From a virus, in IMG/VR virus record IMGVR_UViG_3300020463_002440, positions 92,384-156,383 of that record: DNA of 64,000 nucleotides; one strand, written 5' to 3'. This document shows positions 1-11,600 of this stretch, one piece after another. The number at the start of each line of letters is the position of its first letter. Positions within the stretch are counted from its first letter, which is position 1. The translations under genes and the position numbers were made by a program. Below the pieces are notes generated by a model that worked only from the letters and a program-made list of their open reading frames with translations, was not told the origin of the DNA and made no database searches.

Positions 1-2666
1 TGACCGCCTATTTCAAATACTAAATTAGCAGTCCCTGAGTTAATTCTTTGTTGACTGTCAACTATAAATGCAGATACACCAGCAGTAACAAAATTGAGTT
101 CGTCGTTATCTGCACCAGGACTTGATTCGGCTTCAATAAATGTATCTTGGTCAACGTCCTTAACACCACCTAGTGATGCCCATGCATTTCCACTATAACC
201 TTCAAACACTCCGTCCGTTGTATTAAAACGAACCATACCTGCAGCTAATGAAGAAGGTCTATTTGCTGTTGTACCTACAGGAACTGTGATTGCTCCTGTT
301 GTATCAATAACTAATACTTCGTTATCACTATCAATTTTTGTTACGAATAATGTATTCCACTGAGAACCTGAAGCACCAAGATTATATGTTGCATCATCTT
401 TAGGTAATAAGTTTGAACTAAAGTCAGCAACTACATTAATTGAATCTACTGCTTGGTCACCTAATTGTAAATTACCTGCGATTGTTAAATCACCTGTAAA
501 TTCACCAGAACCAACGACTCTAAATAATGATCCATCCCAAGTAAATCCTGCATCGTCTGTTAGTGCACCTGAAGGACCTGCGAATACAACTCTTCCATCA
601 GTAAGTGATCCTACTGATAATACATCGGTTGTTTGATTATATGTTAATCCTGAATCACCTTCAATTGCTCCATTTGCTCCAGCAACAAATACTTGGCCTT
701 GTGAAACTGTTTCAAATGTAGGTGCTGTTCGGAATTCAGAGGTTGCATTAACAACCATATGACTACCGTCAAACTGAATATTATTATTTGATGATAACGC
801 ACCAGTATCTGATACGAACATCATTGTGTTCGCTTGTAAGTTACCTACTGATAAACTGTCGCCTGATAAACCACCTGATGTACTAAAGTCACCATCAACT
901 GTAATACCACCAACGATTGTTAAATTAGTTCCATCCCAGGCAAGGTTTGCTTGACCTTCTAATGTTCCACCTGATGATGTATATACAACAGACCCAGTAG
1001 GAATTTTTGAAACAGCAGCATCTGTAAATGTTGCCTTTTCACTAGAATAGTCAATTGTAATTCCGTTATTGGCGCCGAATGTTAAATCACCATCTTGGTC
1101 AATTTCCATTCTCTTAACGCCTGCGGTGAAGAATTCTAAATCATCACCGTCAGCACCTGGCGAGAGTTCAGCTCGAATAAAGGTATCTTTATCTACGTCT
1201 TTAACACTACCCGCTAACTCAGACCAAGCTGTCCCGTCATATCCTTCAAATCGGCTATCTGAAGTATTGTAACGAATCATACCAACCGCGGAGGTTGGAC
1301 GATCAGCAGTTCCACCTACTGGTAAAGTAAAGGCACCGGTTTCATCGATAGTAACTACACCACTATCAGATTTGATTGTAGGTGTAAATACTCTGTGCCA
1401 ATTTTTAGTAGGTGCTCCTAGGCTATACAAACCAGGTGCATCAGGAATAAGATCGGAAGTAAAATCTGCGACAACATTAATTGTATCAACTTGGTTATCA
1501 CCTAATGTAAGGTTACCACCAATTGTCACATTACCTGTAATATCAGCATCACCATCTACTGTGAATGTGGTTCCACTGAATGTTAATTTACTACTGTCTA
1601 TTAATTCGCCATCAAGACCTGAGAATACAACTCGTCCTGATGTTAAGTCAGTAACATTAACACTTCCTAATTCTGTTTGCCCAGGTACTCTAAGTATATC
1701 TAAAAATACACCACCTGTGGCTGTAATTGAAACTCCATCGAAAGATAAGTTAGCAGTATCAATTAATTCGCCGTTTGCTCCGGCATACATAATTCGACCT
1801 TCGGTCAAATCAATAATATTAACACTACCTAACGATGCTTGTCCAGGAACAGACATGTTATCCAAGAATACACCGCCTGTTGCGATAATACTTGTATCAT
1901 CAAATCTTAAATTGGCAGAGTCAATTAATTCTCCACCTGCTCCTGCATATACGATACGACCTTGTGTAAGGTCTGAAACGTTTAAACTATCTGTATCTGT
2001 TTGACCATCAACTTGTAATCCATCTAAGAATACCGCTCCTGTAGCTGTAAGAGAAGTACCGTCAAAGAATAGATTAGCACTATCAACAAATTCTCCGTTG
2101 GCTGCTATGAAAGGTATTCTTGTTGCTGTTAAATCTGAAACACTTAAACTATCAACATCAGCTTGACCGCTAACGTCTAATGTATTTGATGAAAGCGGAC
2201 CACCAATATCTAAACTTGTTAATCCAACAAGAGTATTAGTTGATTCACCTAGTGTAAGAGAGGTATTACCAATTGTGATATCATTAGAAGATATGATTGT
2301 TGAATTGGCAGAAAAGTTTAATGCGTTGAAACTTACATTCTCAAAATCTGTAATATGTCCAAAAGTATCAATGGAGATATTCTTTGGATAAGATAAATTT
2401 TGGTTTGTAGTACTAACAGCATTTGATGTGTCAGCATGGCCTATAACAACATTTGCTGCTTGATCGTTAACAGTTTGGGAAACAACAATTCCGTTAGCAG
2501 ATTCTATTTGCTGAACGTAATTACCAATTGTGTCGATACCGAGAACAACAGAATCAGGAACGATCTGTGGCTTTCTCTCAGCTGGTGCAACAATAGGAGT
2601 TGACTGACCTTGTTTTGGGACGGCCTTTATCGCACGGCCACCACCGATCTTGACCTTTATACTCAC
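1..2666 (-). CDS. Repeat-rich virion structural/fibre protein (3' end runs off window)
   Basis: Absent from the ORF track because it has no stop in the window. GTG at 2666 overlaps the TGA of the upstream gene (GTGA) with GGAGG at 2671-2675, and the frame is open where checked, including at position 1. Contains repeated DLTxGRIxYAGxxGELIDSANLxFDG units and two G(G/S)VKDVDxDTFIxAExSPGADxDxLxFxTAG units typical of marine T4-like virion proteins. Confidence 0.8.
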   Translation of the reverse strand, partial: MSIKVKIGGGRAIKAVPKQGQSTPIVAPAERKPQIVPDSVVLGIDTIGNYVQQIESANGIVVSQTVNDQAANVVIGHADTSNAVSTTNQNLSYPKNISIDTFGHITDFENVSFNALNFSANSTIISSNDITIGNTSLTLGESTNTLVGLTSLDIGGPLSSNTLDVSGQADVDSLSVSDLTATRIPFIAANGEFVDSANLFFDGTSLTATGAVFLDGLQVDGQTDTDSLNVSDLTQGRIVYAGAGGELIDSANLRFDDTSIIATGGVFLDNMSVPGQASLGSVNIIDLTEGRIMYAGANGELIDTANLSFDGVSITATGGVFLDILRVPGQTELGSVNVTDLTSGRVVFSGLDGELIDSSKLTFSGTTFTVDGDADITGNVTIGGNLTLGDNQVDTINVVADFTSDLIPDAPGLYSLGAPTKNWHRVFTPTIKSDSGVVTIDETGAFTLPVGGTADRPTSAVGMIRYNTSDSRFEGYDGTAWSELAGSVKDVDKDTFIRAELSPGADGDDLEFFTAGVKRMEIDQDGDLTFGANNGITIDYSSEKATFTDAAVSKIPTGSVVYTSSGGTLEGQANLAWDGTNLTIVGGITVDGDFSTSGGLSGDSLSVGNLQANTMMFVSDTGALSSNNNIQFDGSHMVVNATSEFRTAPTFETVSQGQVFVAGANGAIEGDSGLTYNQTTDVLSVGSLTDGRVVFAGPSGALTDDAGFTWDGSLFRVVGSGEFTGDLTIAGNLQLGDQAVDSINVVADFSSNLLPKDDATYNLGASGSQWNTLFVTKIDSDNEVLVIDTTGAITVPVGTTANRPSSLAAGMVRFNTTDGVFEGYSGNAWASLGGVKDVDQDTFIEAESSPGADNDELNFVTAGVSAFIVDSQQRINSGTANLVFEIGG

Positions 2667-3001
2667 GAAACCTCCGTAATAGTATCAACTACGATTGCTA
2701 AGCCTTCAACTATTTTGGTGAGTTCTCCTGTTTGTTTTTCCATCACTACGTCGTATTGGTATTTACCAGGAGCTAAAAGATCTGTCTGCTGGTCAGTTAA
2801 TACTAACGTAATATCGTTATTTGCGACTTCGATTGTAAAGTTAGTAGCTGCAGTACTTGAATATACTTTTCTTATGCTACTATAGAAATTATAAACAGAG
2901 ATAGTTGCGTCATCATATTCGACACCCTCATCATTAAACAGATTTAGCTCTGTTCTGAAGTCCAATCCTTTATCAATGTATATGTTAGCTCTTGATGCCA
3001 T
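2663..3001 (-). CDS. Small virion protein (fibre adaptor/BppU-N-like beta-sandwich)
   Basis: ANIYIDKGLDF...LTDQQTDLLAPGKYQYDVV...KIVEG pattern common before T4-like fibre genes; late promoter upstream. Confidence 0.6.
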   Translation of the reverse strand: MASRANIYIDKGLDFRTELNLFNDEGVEYDDATISVYNFYSSIRKVYSSTAATNFTIEVANNDITLVLTDQQTDLLAPGKYQYDVVMEKQTGELTKIVEGLAIVVDTITEVS

Positions 3002-3040
3002 GGCGATGAAACCTTTTTAAATTTTTATATATTATTACCT

Positions 3041-3048
3041 TATTTATA
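3041..3048 (-). promoter_or_regulatory. T4-type late promoter TATAAATA
   Basis: Exact TATAAATA about 40 nt upstream of the 3001 start. Confidence 0.75.
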
Positions 3049-3067
3049 AGATATGACGACTCAAATG

Positions 3068-3095
3068 AAAAAGGACATTGATTTAATGCCCTTTC
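3068..3095 (-). terminator. Putative rho-independent terminator after the collagen fibre gene
   Basis: Minus strand AAAGGGCATT-AAATC-AATGTCCTTT followed by further T residues. Confidence 0.55.
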
Positions 3096-3142
3096 ATAGA
3101 TAGTTATATGAACAGAGCAATTATACTCGACTCATAATATAA

Positions 3143-6100
3143 TTACTTCTTCAATTCGTCAATTTCTTTCTGCTGCTCTTTAATTGCTTCAATCAGTATA
3201 CCGACCAAGTTTCCATAAGATACAGTCTTAGTGCCATCATCTCTTTCGCTGACAACTTCAGGCATTACTTGCTCTACTTCCTGAGCAATTACACCGGTTG
3301 AAGCCTCACCGTTATCAATCCAATTAAACATAACACCACGTAATTTCATTACTTTATCAAGTGCATTTTCAATTGTTTCTACATTATCTTTTAGTGACTC
3401 ATCAGATGTTGTGTTAAAGTCACTTGCCGTAATATCACCTGTAGTAGTAATATTATATGACTGACCATCTAAGTTACCACCTAGTTGTGGAGTTGTATCT
3501 TCAACTATATTATTGAGGTTACCACTACCACCTCCACCTGAAGGCCACGTTGTAATTGTTGAACCGCCTAATGTAACTGATCCATCAATTGTTAAATTTT
3601 CTAATGTTAATTCGTCGTCATTAGCAGTGTAGAAGAAGTTCTGATCTCCACCTGGGTTAGGTGTTGTTGTTCCATATAATGGTCTTGAACCTGATCCACC
3701 TTGAGTCATGGTAATGAACATTGCTGTTCCTTGTAGACTACTTGTATGAATCGACGCTGTATCAGGGCTTCCTGTTGCTCCTGTTGTTCCTTGAGCACCA
3801 GTTTGACCGTCGTTACCTTGGAAACCAATTAATCCTTGAATACCTTGTAAGCCAGATCCTGTAATACCAGAAACACCTTGTGGTCCGGCTGGGCCAAGAG
3901 TTCCTTGGAAACCAGCAGAACCTTGTGCTCCTGGGTTTCCTGCTTCACCTTGAGTACCTTGAGCTCCTGCACCAAATGCTCCTTGGAAACCTAATGTACC
4001 TTGAACACCTTGAATACCTTGTGGTCCAATTGGGCCAGAAGGACCCTGCGTACCTGTCGCATCCTCACCTGTAGGACCTTGAGCTCCTGGAGGTCCTTGA
4101 ATACCACTTGACCCCGATCCCTCAAATCCTTGAATACCAGTAATACCTTGAATACCTTGGTTACCTATAGGACCTTGAGTACCTGCACCACCTGAACCAC
4201 CTTCGTTACCTTGAACACCTTGTGGTCCGACTCCACCTTGAATACCTTGTAAGCCAGATCCGTTTTCACCTTGAATACCTAAGTCACCTTGAATACCTTG
4301 AATACCTTGAGTACCTAATCCACCTAATTCTCCAGGAGGACCCTGAACTCCTTGTATTCCACCTGGGCCTTGAATACCAGGAGCACCTGTACCGTCTTGA
4401 CCTTGTAGTCCTTGGTTACCTTGCATTCCTTGGAAGCCTTGAGCGGATGCTCCACCAATAACTCCTTGTAAACCGATAAGACCTTGAATACCCTGTGGAC
4501 CGTTGGAACCTTGAACACCTTGAGGGCCAAGATCACCAGCTCCAGTTTCACCTTGTATACCTTGAGGTCCGCTCGGTCCTTGAATACCGGCACCATCAAT
4601 ACCTTGAGGTCCTGATTCACCTTGTAAACCTTGAATACCTTGTAAGCCTTGAACACCACTTCCTGTAACACCTGAAGTACCCTGTGGTCCTTGAACACCT
4701 TGGATACCTGAACCTGTTGTTCCTTGAGTACCTACCGCGCCTGGTCCTTGAACTCCTTGTATACCTTGAGAACCTGCTGCTCCTACTCCGGTTGTTCCTT
4801 GAATACCTTGAATACCTTGAGAACCTGCTCCAGTTGTACCTTGAGTACCTTGAGAACCTGCACCACCTGGCTGTCCATCTCCACCGTCAGCTCCTTGTAA
4901 ACCTTGAGCACCCGGTCCACCTTCTGGACCTTGAATACCTTGTGTACCTTGGAATCCGTCTGAACCGGTTCCACCAATACCTTGTGATCCTGTGACACCT
5001 TGAATACCTTGAATACCTTGCGCGCCTGCTCCTGAATCACCTTGAATACCTAATCCACCTTGTATTCCTGCATTACCTTGAGCACCTTGAATACCTACAG
5101 AACCAGTTGTTCCTTGTAATCCTTGTAAACCTTGAGGGCCTTGTAATCCTTGTGGTCCGGTTGAACCTTGAGCTCCTGCTCCAGTTGTTCCTTGTAATCC
5201 TAATAGACCTTGAGTTCCTTGTAATCCTTGTAAGCCTTGCGTACCTTGATTACCTACTGCTCCGATATCACCTGTTCTTGCGAATGTAATTGTAACATCT
5301 TCTTGATCTGCAAATGTACCGTTACCACTAACAAAAGCACAGGTAAGAATAAAGTATCCTGTTGGTTCTGCTAACGAACTGATTGTAAATATTTGGAAAA
5401 CTTCAGGTTGTGATTTCTTTGTAACCTTAAAGTGACCTTTAATAGGACTTGAAGAATCGTCTACTGTTCTAAGAAAAGGTTCAATATTAATAAAGTTATC
5501 ATCTCTATCATCAATATACAATGCAGTAGCTGATGAATAAGTAGCATTATTGAATTTTAATTTACCAATACCTGGATCGTTATTAATAGTAGATACGTCA
5601 AAAGTATAGTCGAATGTAATACCACCGAATGAACCTTCAGCGCCTTGTAAACCTGAATTACCTTGTAAACCTTGAGGTCCTTGAATACCTGCGCCTGTTA
5701 AACCTTGTAGTCCTTGAGTTCCTTGAGAACCTGTTGATCCTTGAATACCAGCTGGGCCACGAGGAATAAATGTAATAAGTGCGGCAGGACCGTGAACTGC
5801 ATTTACTGCCGTTTGCCAATTTGTTACATTACCATCAACATAGTTAACATCAAAGTAACCATAGTTCTTAGAACCTGAATCCCAAGTCCAATCTGTAATT
5901 TCGTAAACTAACCAATGATGTCCAGCAGGACCATTTCCATCGTCGTAATTACCTTCTTGTACTTTAAGATATCCTTTAACTGTTCCTGGCTGATTATCAA
6001 TAAAATCTAGGAAGTCATCAATCTCTTGTGTAAATTGGTCAGCAGGAATATCATCAAGTGTAATTAATGTAGCAAGAGCCGGATTTGAATTGTTAAATTT

Positions 6101-8152
6101 AAAATTGTTTGTACCAGGATCGGATCCGCCAATTGTATTATTAACAAAATTCCATATCCAAGTTAAACCACCGTATTGACCTTGCTCGCCTTGTAATCCT
6201 TGAATGCCTTGTATGCCAGTTGTTCCTTGAACACCTTGAGTACCCTGACCACCTTCTCTTCCTTGTAGTCCCTGTAGACCTTGTAATCCTTGGATTCCTG
6301 TAATACCTTGTATACCTTGCGACCCTTGTATTGCCTCGCCTTGAATCCCTTGTAGACCCTGTAAACCTTGAATACCTGTCGTTCCTTGAACTCCTTGTAA
6401 ACCTTGAACACCTTGTGGACCAAAGTTACCTTGTAATCCTTGGACACCTTGTAGACCTTGAATACCACGATCACCATTTCTTGAGAATGTTAAACGAATG
6501 TCTATACCGTTTGCGAAAGTACCTGCACCACTTATTTTCTCAACAGCATACTCCCAATAACCAGTCTTATCTGTTATTGTATCAATCTTAAATAATGCTT
6601 GATCGTAAATATCTACTGCATTAATAATTCTTACATAACCTTTAGGAGAACCAACAATTGAGTTAAGTTCAGCAGATAAGCCATCCATAACATTGTTAGC
6701 ACTTTGATCTTCATCATCAATCCATAGCTTAAGGTTAGAAGCTGTTAAATCAGTATCACTGAAACGAATCTTTCCTGTACCAGGATCTGCATCAGTTGTG
6801 TTATTGTCGTAATCGTAATCGTATGTTATTCCACCGAAGTCTCCGGTAGAACCTTGTAATCCTTGTAAGCCTTGAAGTCCTTGTGTACCCTGAACTCCTT
6901 GAACACCTTGTAAGCCTTGAGTACCTTGTGTTCCTGTATCACCTTGTATGCCAGTTGTTCCTTGGACGCCTTGAGTACCTTGAGGTCCAAGTAGTCCTTG
7001 AGTACCTTGAACTCCCTGAACACCTTGCGATCCTGTTATACCTTGAACACCTTGAGCACCACTTCTTACAAATGAAAGTATGAATGCAGGATCTGCAGCA
7101 ACGTTTGTTAATACTGCTCCTGTACTTCCTATATGATTAACAAGTATTGTGAACCAACCAGAGTTATCTGTTATTTGTGTAATTTCATATGTAATGAATT
7201 GTGATGTATCACTGATTCTTGTTGCTTGTATATAACCTTTAACAGGACCTGATACTTGGTCAATAGAATTTAGTAATGCTGATACATCTTTAGATTGTTT
7301 TGCTGTTGAGTCAATGAATAGTGCTGAAGCAGAGTTAGCCGCGGCTGAATTAATTGCGAACTTACCAACTGTAGGATCTTGAGCAACTGTTGTGAGATCA
7401 AAGTCAAACTCAAATGATACTCCACCATAAGAACCTACAAAACCTTGAATTCCATAAAATCCTTGTATACCAGTGATTCCTTGAACACCCTGTGGTCCTG
7501 CACGTCCTTGTGTTCCTTGGAAACCAAGATCACCTTGAATACCGGTAATACCTTGAACACCTTGTGGACCACGTCTTCCTTGTATACCTTGAATACCGTA
7601 TATTCCTTGCACACCCTGAACGCCTTGAATACCACGGAATCCTTGAACTCCACGATATCCTTGTTCACCTTGAATACCTTCTTGACCTAATGTTCCTTGA
7701 TTACCTTGTAATCCTTGAATTCCTTGAAATCCTTGTACACCACGGAAAGATCCAATATTTACCCAATTGGCTCCATCCCAAATCCATAGTTCATCATCAG
7801 CTTCATCAATAACACCTTCACCAATATTAGGCGAGGTAAATGCTGCGTTTAAAGTTGCTTGTGGATCTCCACCTGCATCAACATCTGCAACTGAACCAAT
7901 AATTGTAAAGCCAGGTCCGTAATTACCTTGGACACCTTGATTACCTTGAATGCCTGAGAAACCTTGTGTTCCTTGAGGTCCTGTTCCAAGTGGCTCCCAG
8001 GAAGTACCGTCGGAATATCTTAACTCTCCGTTATCGGCATAAACCACTGCACCTTCAAAAGGAGCAGGATCGAGAGTGATAGGAAAAGTTTGCGGAACAC
8101 CGTGTCCGATTAATTGGTTCTTTCCTGTCAATGTTCCGAATTTACTGGCCAT
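3143..8152 (-). CDS. Collagen-like (Gly-X-Gln) tail fibre with four interspersed globular domains and C-terminal peptidase S74 intramolecular chaperone
   Basis: Long G-x-Q runs; C-terminus TSDESLKDNV...GVIAQEVE...VSYGNLVGILIEAIKEQQ is the S74 signature. Confidence 0.85.
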   Translation of the reverse strand: MASKFGTLTGKNQLIGHGVPQTFPITLDPAPFEGAVVYADNGELRYSDGTSWEPLGTGPQGTQGFSGIQGNQGVQGNYGPGFTIIGSVADVDAGGDPQATLNAAFTSPNIGEGVIDEADDELWIWDGANWVNIGSFRGVQGFQGIQGLQGNQGTLGQEGIQGEQGYRGVQGFRGIQGVQGVQGIYGIQGIQGRRGPQGVQGITGIQGDLGFQGTQGRAGPQGVQGITGIQGFYGIQGFVGSYGGVSFEFDFDLTTVAQDPTVGKFAINSAAANSASALFIDSTAKQSKDVSALLNSIDQVSGPVKGYIQATRISDTSQFITYEITQITDNSGWFTILVNHIGSTGAVLTNVAADPAFILSFVRSGAQGVQGITGSQGVQGVQGTQGLLGPQGTQGVQGTTGIQGDTGTQGTQGLQGVQGVQGTQGLQGLQGLQGSTGDFGGITYDYDYDNNTTDADPGTGKIRFSDTDLTASNLKLWIDDEDQSANNVMDGLSAELNSIVGSPKGYVRIINAVDIYDQALFKIDTITDKTGYWEYAVEKISGAGTFANGIDIRLTFSRNGDRGIQGLQGVQGLQGNFGPQGVQGLQGVQGTTGIQGLQGLQGIQGEAIQGSQGIQGITGIQGLQGLQGLQGREGGQGTQGVQGTTGIQGIQGLQGEQGQYGGLTWIWNFVNNTIGGSDPGTNNFKFNNSNPALATLITLDDIPADQFTQEIDDFLDFIDNQPGTVKGYLKVQEGNYDDGNGPAGHHWLVYEITDWTWDSGSKNYGYFDVNYVDGNVTNWQTAVNAVHGPAALITFIPRGPAGIQGSTGSQGTQGLQGLTGAGIQGPQGLQGNSGLQGAEGSFGGITFDYTFDVSTINNDPGIGKLKFNNATYSSATALYIDDRDDNFINIEPFLRTVDDSSSPIKGHFKVTKKSQPEVFQIFTISSLAEPTGYFILTCAFVSGNGTFADQEDVTITFARTGDIGAVGNQGTQGLQGLQGTQGLLGLQGTTGAGAQGSTGPQGLQGPQGLQGLQGTTGSVGIQGAQGNAGIQGGLGIQGDSGAGAQGIQGIQGVTGSQGIGGTGSDGFQGTQGIQGPEGGPGAQGLQGADGGDGQPGGAGSQGTQGTTGAGSQGIQGIQGTTGVGAAGSQGIQGVQGPGAVGTQGTTGSGIQGVQGPQGTSGVTGSGVQGLQGIQGLQGESGPQGIDGAGIQGPSGPQGIQGETGAGDLGPQGVQGSNGPQGIQGLIGLQGVIGGASAQGFQGMQGNQGLQGQDGTGAPGIQGPGGIQGVQGPPGELGGLGTQGIQGIQGDLGIQGENGSGLQGIQGGVGPQGVQGNEGGSGGAGTQGPIGNQGIQGITGIQGFEGSGSSGIQGPPGAQGPTGEDATGTQGPSGPIGPQGIQGVQGTLGFQGAFGAGAQGTQGEAGNPGAQGSAGFQGTLGPAGPQGVSGITGSGLQGIQGLIGFQGNDGQTGAQGTTGATGSPDTASIHTSSLQGTAMFITMTQGGSGSRPLYGTTTPNPGGDQNFFYTANDDELTLENLTIDGSVTLGGSTITTWPSGGGGSGNLNNIVEDTTPQLGGNLDGQSYNITTTGDITASDFNTTSDESLKDNVETIENALDKVMKLRGVMFNWIDNGEASTGVIAQEVEQVMPEVVSERDDGTKTVSYGNLVGILIEAIKEQQKEIDELKK

Positions 8153-8191
8153 TTATTTTATTTCCTTAAAGTTCAAACCTTATTAATAATA

Positions 8192-8199
8192 TATTTATT
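8192..8199 (-). promoter_or_regulatory. Late promoter variant AATAAATA
   Basis: One mismatch to TATAAATA, intergenic, upstream of the fibre gene. Confidence 0.5.
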
Positions 8200-8203
8200 A
8201 TGT

Positions 8204-8629
8204 TTAAACAACATCGTCTTCTTCAGACTGACCTTGTGTAAACGATATTGTCGCATGAATAGCCAAATCGGCCGTTGCCTCGATTTTTAACTCATCTCCT
8301 GTTTTCAAAAACTGACCGTTCAATGGAATCGGTATCGTCTCATATGCTGGAATTGGCATGTTCTTAAGTATAAAGAATTCTGCGTTTTCTATATGCCTAT
8401 GAATTTGTAAATCAATATTAACAGTATTAGCTGTAACATTGCACAATACAAGAGGTGAGATAATTTCAGCAACACCTGGCTCAACGACGTTTGATCCACC
8501 AAAGACAAGCTCAGGTACATTATAGTTTGGACAATCCACAATCACACTCATATTGGTTGTAACAACCTTACTGACGGCAATTGGTTTAGCGTCAGGTGCT
8601 TGTGAGGTATCTATAGTAGTTATTGACAT
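8204..8629 (-). CDS. Hypothetical virion protein (beta-rich)
   Basis: 141-aa ORF with SD AGGA, in an operon with the giant protein. Confidence 0.6.
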   Translation of the reverse strand: MSITTIDTSQAPDAKPIAVSKVVTTNMSVIVDCPNYNVPELVFGGSNVVEPGVAEIISPLVLCNVTANTVNIDLQIHRHIENAEFFILKNMPIPAYETIPIPLNGQFLKTGDELKIEATADLAIHATISFTQGQSEEDDVV

Positions 8630-8644
8630 TTTTAATTTCCTATT

Positions 8645-11600
8645 TTAAATTACTGCTCTACTGTTTGAAGCTCTTCTTGCGAGTTTTCTTACAGAAGATG
8701 TAAATGGTCGACCTTCGATTCTACCTGTTCGACCGTTAATTCTTAGTCCTCTTGCGAAGTACTGGTTATTCAATTCATCAGCACCTGACCATCGGATTCT
8801 ACCACCGTCCTCATTAAGAACCGAAGCAACTGCTGATATAGCAGCACCTAAGTTTCTAAAGTTCAGAGGTAATGCATTTCTGTTAACACCTGCTGATGCA
8901 CCGTTAAACTGGTGAGCAATAGATTCAACCAATGATCCAAATACTAATGTATCAGGTTTAAGTACATTACTCTTCAGACAATTATCAAATAATGCTTGTA
9001 TCATTGCTGTATGATCTGAATCAGGAGATAGATTATTTACAAGATAATCTCTCATTCGATCCCACGATCCAGTAAATGCATCTAACAAGTCTGTATTGTT
9101 AGCACCTTCTAATACCCAAGTTGAACCATTCCAATAATATATATTACCTGCATACAGATTTGTTGTGAAATCAGTAGCAACAATATATGCCCAGTTTGGT
9201 TTCTGTCCTGTAATAGAACTTAACGCAGCCACATCAACAACTGATCCTTTATATTTCAATCCTTGCATTGTTGGATTGAATACTGGGAACACATGAGTAC
9301 CATCGTAATCAAAGAATGTTGCTGTAAATGTTCTTATTGCGTTCTGATTACCATTTGTTTGATAGCTTGGTCCTACTGCTTGTGTATCTACATATTTGAA
9401 ATCATTCTGTAAAGCAGTTAGTAAGTTTCTTGCATCACGTCTTGTTAGATTAATATCAAGGAAGTTATATGTAGCATTTACATATCTTACAGTATCTTTC
9501 TGTAATCCTTTTCTTCTTTGAGCAAGTATATCTTGAGCATCTGTAAATACTGCATCGCTGTAACTGTAATCAGGTTCAGTTTTAACAGGTAAGTACTTAG
9601 TATCATTATTTATTTGAGTTAAGAAGAATATATCTGCAAGATCTTTAACCTTCTTGCTTTCAACTGCAGTTCCTAATTCACCAAGTATCTTCTGACCTTC
9701 GTATTCACCAATTACAATATCTTTACAAATCTTACCTAATTGACGATATGCTTTTGCAGTTGGTTCTCGTTGATCTTCAGGTAATCTGTAAACTTGATTC
9801 CAGAAGTAGAAATCAGCATTCCATCTTGACGCGGTATTACCACCGAAGTTCAAGTCAAAGCTGAATGCATCAAGTAAGAAACCTGTATCTCTTCTACATT
9901 TATCTTTGTTGTAATCAAGTACAGTGAATTGATTGTTTATAAATTCAGTTACATCGGAAGCAAGTTCTTCAGTATTATCAACAAGTTTCTGAGCAGCATT
10001 ACTAAGTTCAGTTGTTGGGAAACTTGAAGTTGATACTGGTCTTGGCAATTCGTCATTATCATTAGATCTTATTGATTGTTCGATAATACCAACTAAGTTA
10101 GTAACCTCAGTACCTTCAGTTGAAGTAGCTGCTACACCCAATGTATTTTGCGGAGTTAAAGTATATGTACTTGCATTAGTTACTGGAGTTTCTTGAACTA
10201 CTTGAGACATTGCATTACCAAGCAACTGTAATATATCAGCGTATTGTCTTTGCTGATCTACTTTAAGTACTGATACTTCTTTCTCAAAGTAAATGCCTGC
10301 TGATTGTAATGATGCGAAGTTTGTTTCATATTGAACATCGTGTGATATAGCATCAATAGTATATCCTATATCTCTTCTACATCTTGCTCGAGGGAAACTC
10401 AATCCGTTATGATTAACTGATATATAACTGATAACACCTTCTGCGGCAGTATGAGATAGTCTTTCAACAAGCTCTTTAGCAGTTACATAGTTATCTCCCA
10501 TCCAAGTTTGATCCACATCAATTCTTTCAGGAATTGTAGATCTTACTTCATAAGAATCATCAACCGCATTGGCAATAAGTTCAACTAGCTTTCTTGTAGC
10601 AATACAAGTATTTGGATTTGCACCGTGTATCGAGAAGTCTTGAGCTTCTGTTGTTTGATACGAAGGTACGCCGTTCCAATATTCGTATTTAGTTACAATA
10701 TCACCAGTATAATATTTTCCTGTTCTTGGGAATAGTTTTGTTTCAATATCCTTAGCACCAACAACATGTTCTATAACTTTTGCCATGTGTAAGAATGCAT
10801 CTCTTGTTCCCATGTATTGTTCGATCTGTAATCCAGTATTTACTGTATTTTCAAAATACATTCCTGCAGTTTGAACTGAAGCCGCATTACCTCCATATTG
10901 AATGTCATGAGAAACTGCATCAATAATATATCCAGCATCTCTTCGACATTTCTCTTCACTGAATGGAAGTATATCATAATTTTCTGCAAGATAAGCAAGC
11001 AAGTCTTTAGCAACCGTTTCTTTAACTCCAAGTACTTCATTAAACGCTGTTTGATTAACTGCAGCATAATTTGATACTTTAGGCAATTCATAAGCAGGAT
11101 TCAAGAGTAAGGTTGCACTTGTAAGAGCATTTGCACAAAGATCAAATAAACCTTCCATTTCGGCGCCGAGTGGAGCACCACCTGAACCTGAACTGAAGTC
11201 TTGACTTAACGCATTATTTGCTGATTTTAAACCAGCAATATCAGTATCTTGGACAATTAAATCAACACAATCTCCAATATGTTTAAATAGCATAGCTGAA
11301 GGCTCAACTTGATTTGTAGGTAAGCCAACATTAACTCCCTTTTCAAAATAAAGTCGAGTAAAGTTTTGAGTAGCAAAGTTACCTTGATGTTGTCCGTCAA
11401 ATGAAACTGCATCAATCAAGTATCCTGTATCTCTTTCGCATTTAGCAACATCGTGAACATGGCTTGGATAATTTGCCTCAACCCATGCTGTTGCTTCAGC
11501 TATTAAGAATGCTTTGTTATTTTGTAATTGAGATCTACCATTTATTCGAGCAACACCTTGAGCATTTGTAGTAAAGTTGATTGCATCAGCAGCACTTCTA

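Noticed and set aside
3740-8000. Dense periodic ccttg/accttgaat repeats resembling a CRISPR array or satellite
   Set aside because: The 9-nt periodicity is explained by Gly-X-Gln codons in an intact ORF; there is no constant repeat with unique spacers and no cas genes.
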